Source: an uncultured Actinomycetes bacterium (GTDB taxonomy: Bacteria; Actinomycetota; Thermoleophilia; UBA2241). From it: a stretch of 18,652 nucleotides of DNA. The notes below the pieces were generated by a model. That model ran no database searches, was not told the origin of the DNA, and worked only from the letters and a program-made list of their open reading frames with translations. Position 1 is the first letter of the stretch, and each line of letters starts with the position of its first letter. The stretch covers positions 1 to 18,652 of the forward strand of contig CAVWIH010000006.1 in NCBI GenBank assembly GCA_963755025.1, written 5' to 3'. The translations under genes and the position numbers were made by a program. Of the stretch, positions 17,818 through 18,652 are shown piece after piece.

Positions 17818-17901
17818 TCAGTCGAGCCGCAGCGCGAGGGCGGTGGGAGATCGTCGAGGAGGCGGCGGTCGCACTGCGCTCTCAGTCGAGCCGCAGCGCG
17901 A
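17818..17901. repeat. Exact 20-bp direct repeat duplicating the 3' end of the phosphatase gene
   Basis: tcagtcgagccgcagcgcga occurs at 17818-17837 and 17882-17901, separated by 44 nt. Confidence 0.9.
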
Positions 17902-18652
17902 CGATCTGGATGTCGTCGGCCAGGCGGGTCGCGTAGGCCGCGACGTCGCGCAACAGGCCGTCGGCGAGCGCCTGGGCCGACAGTCCGCGCAGCCCTACGA
18001 TGGTCTCGATGAGGTGCTCCTCGCCGTACATGGCGGCGCCGCGGCGCGCCTCGGTGACGCCGTCTGTGTAGAGCACGAGGTAGTCGTCGGCCGTGAGCCT
18101 GGTCTGGCCGGCCGTGTAGGCGCTGGTGAACGTGCCGAGTGGCGGCCCGTATGCGACGTCGAGCGGTCGTCCGGCGTCGCGGCCAAGATGGACCGGCGCC
18201 GGGTGGCCGGCGCTGGCGTAGGTGAGTTGTCCCGTGTGCGGATCGAGCAGCCCCAGAAAGACGGTCACGTGGGGCTGGCCGGGATCGAGCAGCAGGAGCA
18301 GTTCGTTGGTCTTTGCCAGGACGAAGTCGGCGCCGGCTCGATCGTGGCGAAGGCCCGCATCTTGGCGCGCACGGTCTCGGTCAATCCGGCGGCGCGCACG
18401 CCCTTGCCGGCCACGTCGCCCACCACGATGGCCACGCGCCCGTCGCGGAGGGCGAACACGTCGCAGAAATCGCCGCCCACGAGCTCGGCCTCGGATGCGG
18501 TCGCCGAAGCTACGCCTACCTCGAGGCCGGCGATCTCGGGCAGCGGGTGCACGAGATTCTCCTGCAGCGCCGTGGCGAGGTCGCGCTGCTGTTCGTAGGC
18601 GGCGGCGTTCTGCAGGGCGGCCGACAGAAGCGACGCCAGGCGCTCCACGAAG
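17882..18652 (-). CDS. SpoIIE/RsbU-type PP2C serine phosphatase preceded by the tail of a GAF-like domain; 5' truncated, apparent frameshift near 18329
   Basis: LQENL, VGGDFCDVF and VVGDVAGKGVRAA in ORF 18265..18648; YASAGHPAP, LVLYTDGVTEAR and DDIQIVALR in ORF 17882..18268. Adding one base near 18329 gives PDFVLAKTNELLLLLDPGQPHVTVFLG. Confidence 0.9.
   Translation of the reverse strand, partial: LRGAPGVASVGRPAERRRLRTAARPRHGAAGESRAPAARDRRPRGRRSFGDRIRGRARGRRFLRRVRPPRRARGHRGGRRGRQGRARRRIDRDRARQDAGLRHDRAGADFVLAKTNELLLLLDPGQPHVTVFLGLLDPHTGQLTYASAGHPAPVHLGRDAGRPLDVAYGPPLGTFTSAYTAGQTRLTADDYLVLYTDGVTEARRGAAMYGEEHLIETIVGLRGLSAQALADGLLRDVAAYATRLADDIQIVALRLD

Noticed and set aside
17818-17901. Repeat-spacer-repeat as a mini CRISPR array
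   Set aside because: There are only two 20-bp copies, one is the coding end of a gene, the repeat is not palindromic, and no cas genes are present.

Overview
High-GC, gene-dense bacterial chromosomal DNA. An actinobacterial source (possibly Thermoleophilia-like) is inferred from protein style, not verified. About 16 coding regions are supported. In order: a Pro/Thr-linker beta-helix protein (5' truncated), a large secreted BNR/Asp-box beta-propeller protein with C-terminal Ig-like domains, a DUF438 hemerythrin/PAS protein, a DUF4389x2-DUF2510 membrane protein, an SGNH-like lipoprotein, an internally deleted paralog of the BNR protein, uppP, an aldo/keto reductase, a DUF389 membrane protein, a GH65 phosphorylase, a COG4315-type lipoprotein / anti-sigma / ECF sigma cluster, a small Zn-ribbon protein, a DUF2284 Cys-rich protein and a SpoIIE/PP2C phosphatase (5' truncated). 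No rRNA, tRNA, CRISPR array, transposase or integrase was seen. About seven apparent frameshifts split otherwise intact genes, most simply explained as long-read indel errors. The best leads are the ECF module with convergent sigma/anti-sigma genes and a candidate ECF promoter before the lipoprotein, the doubly deleted BNR paralog, an exact 20-bp duplication of the phosphatase 3' end, and a non-canonical UppP motif. All product calls come from motif recognition by eye; no searches were run.
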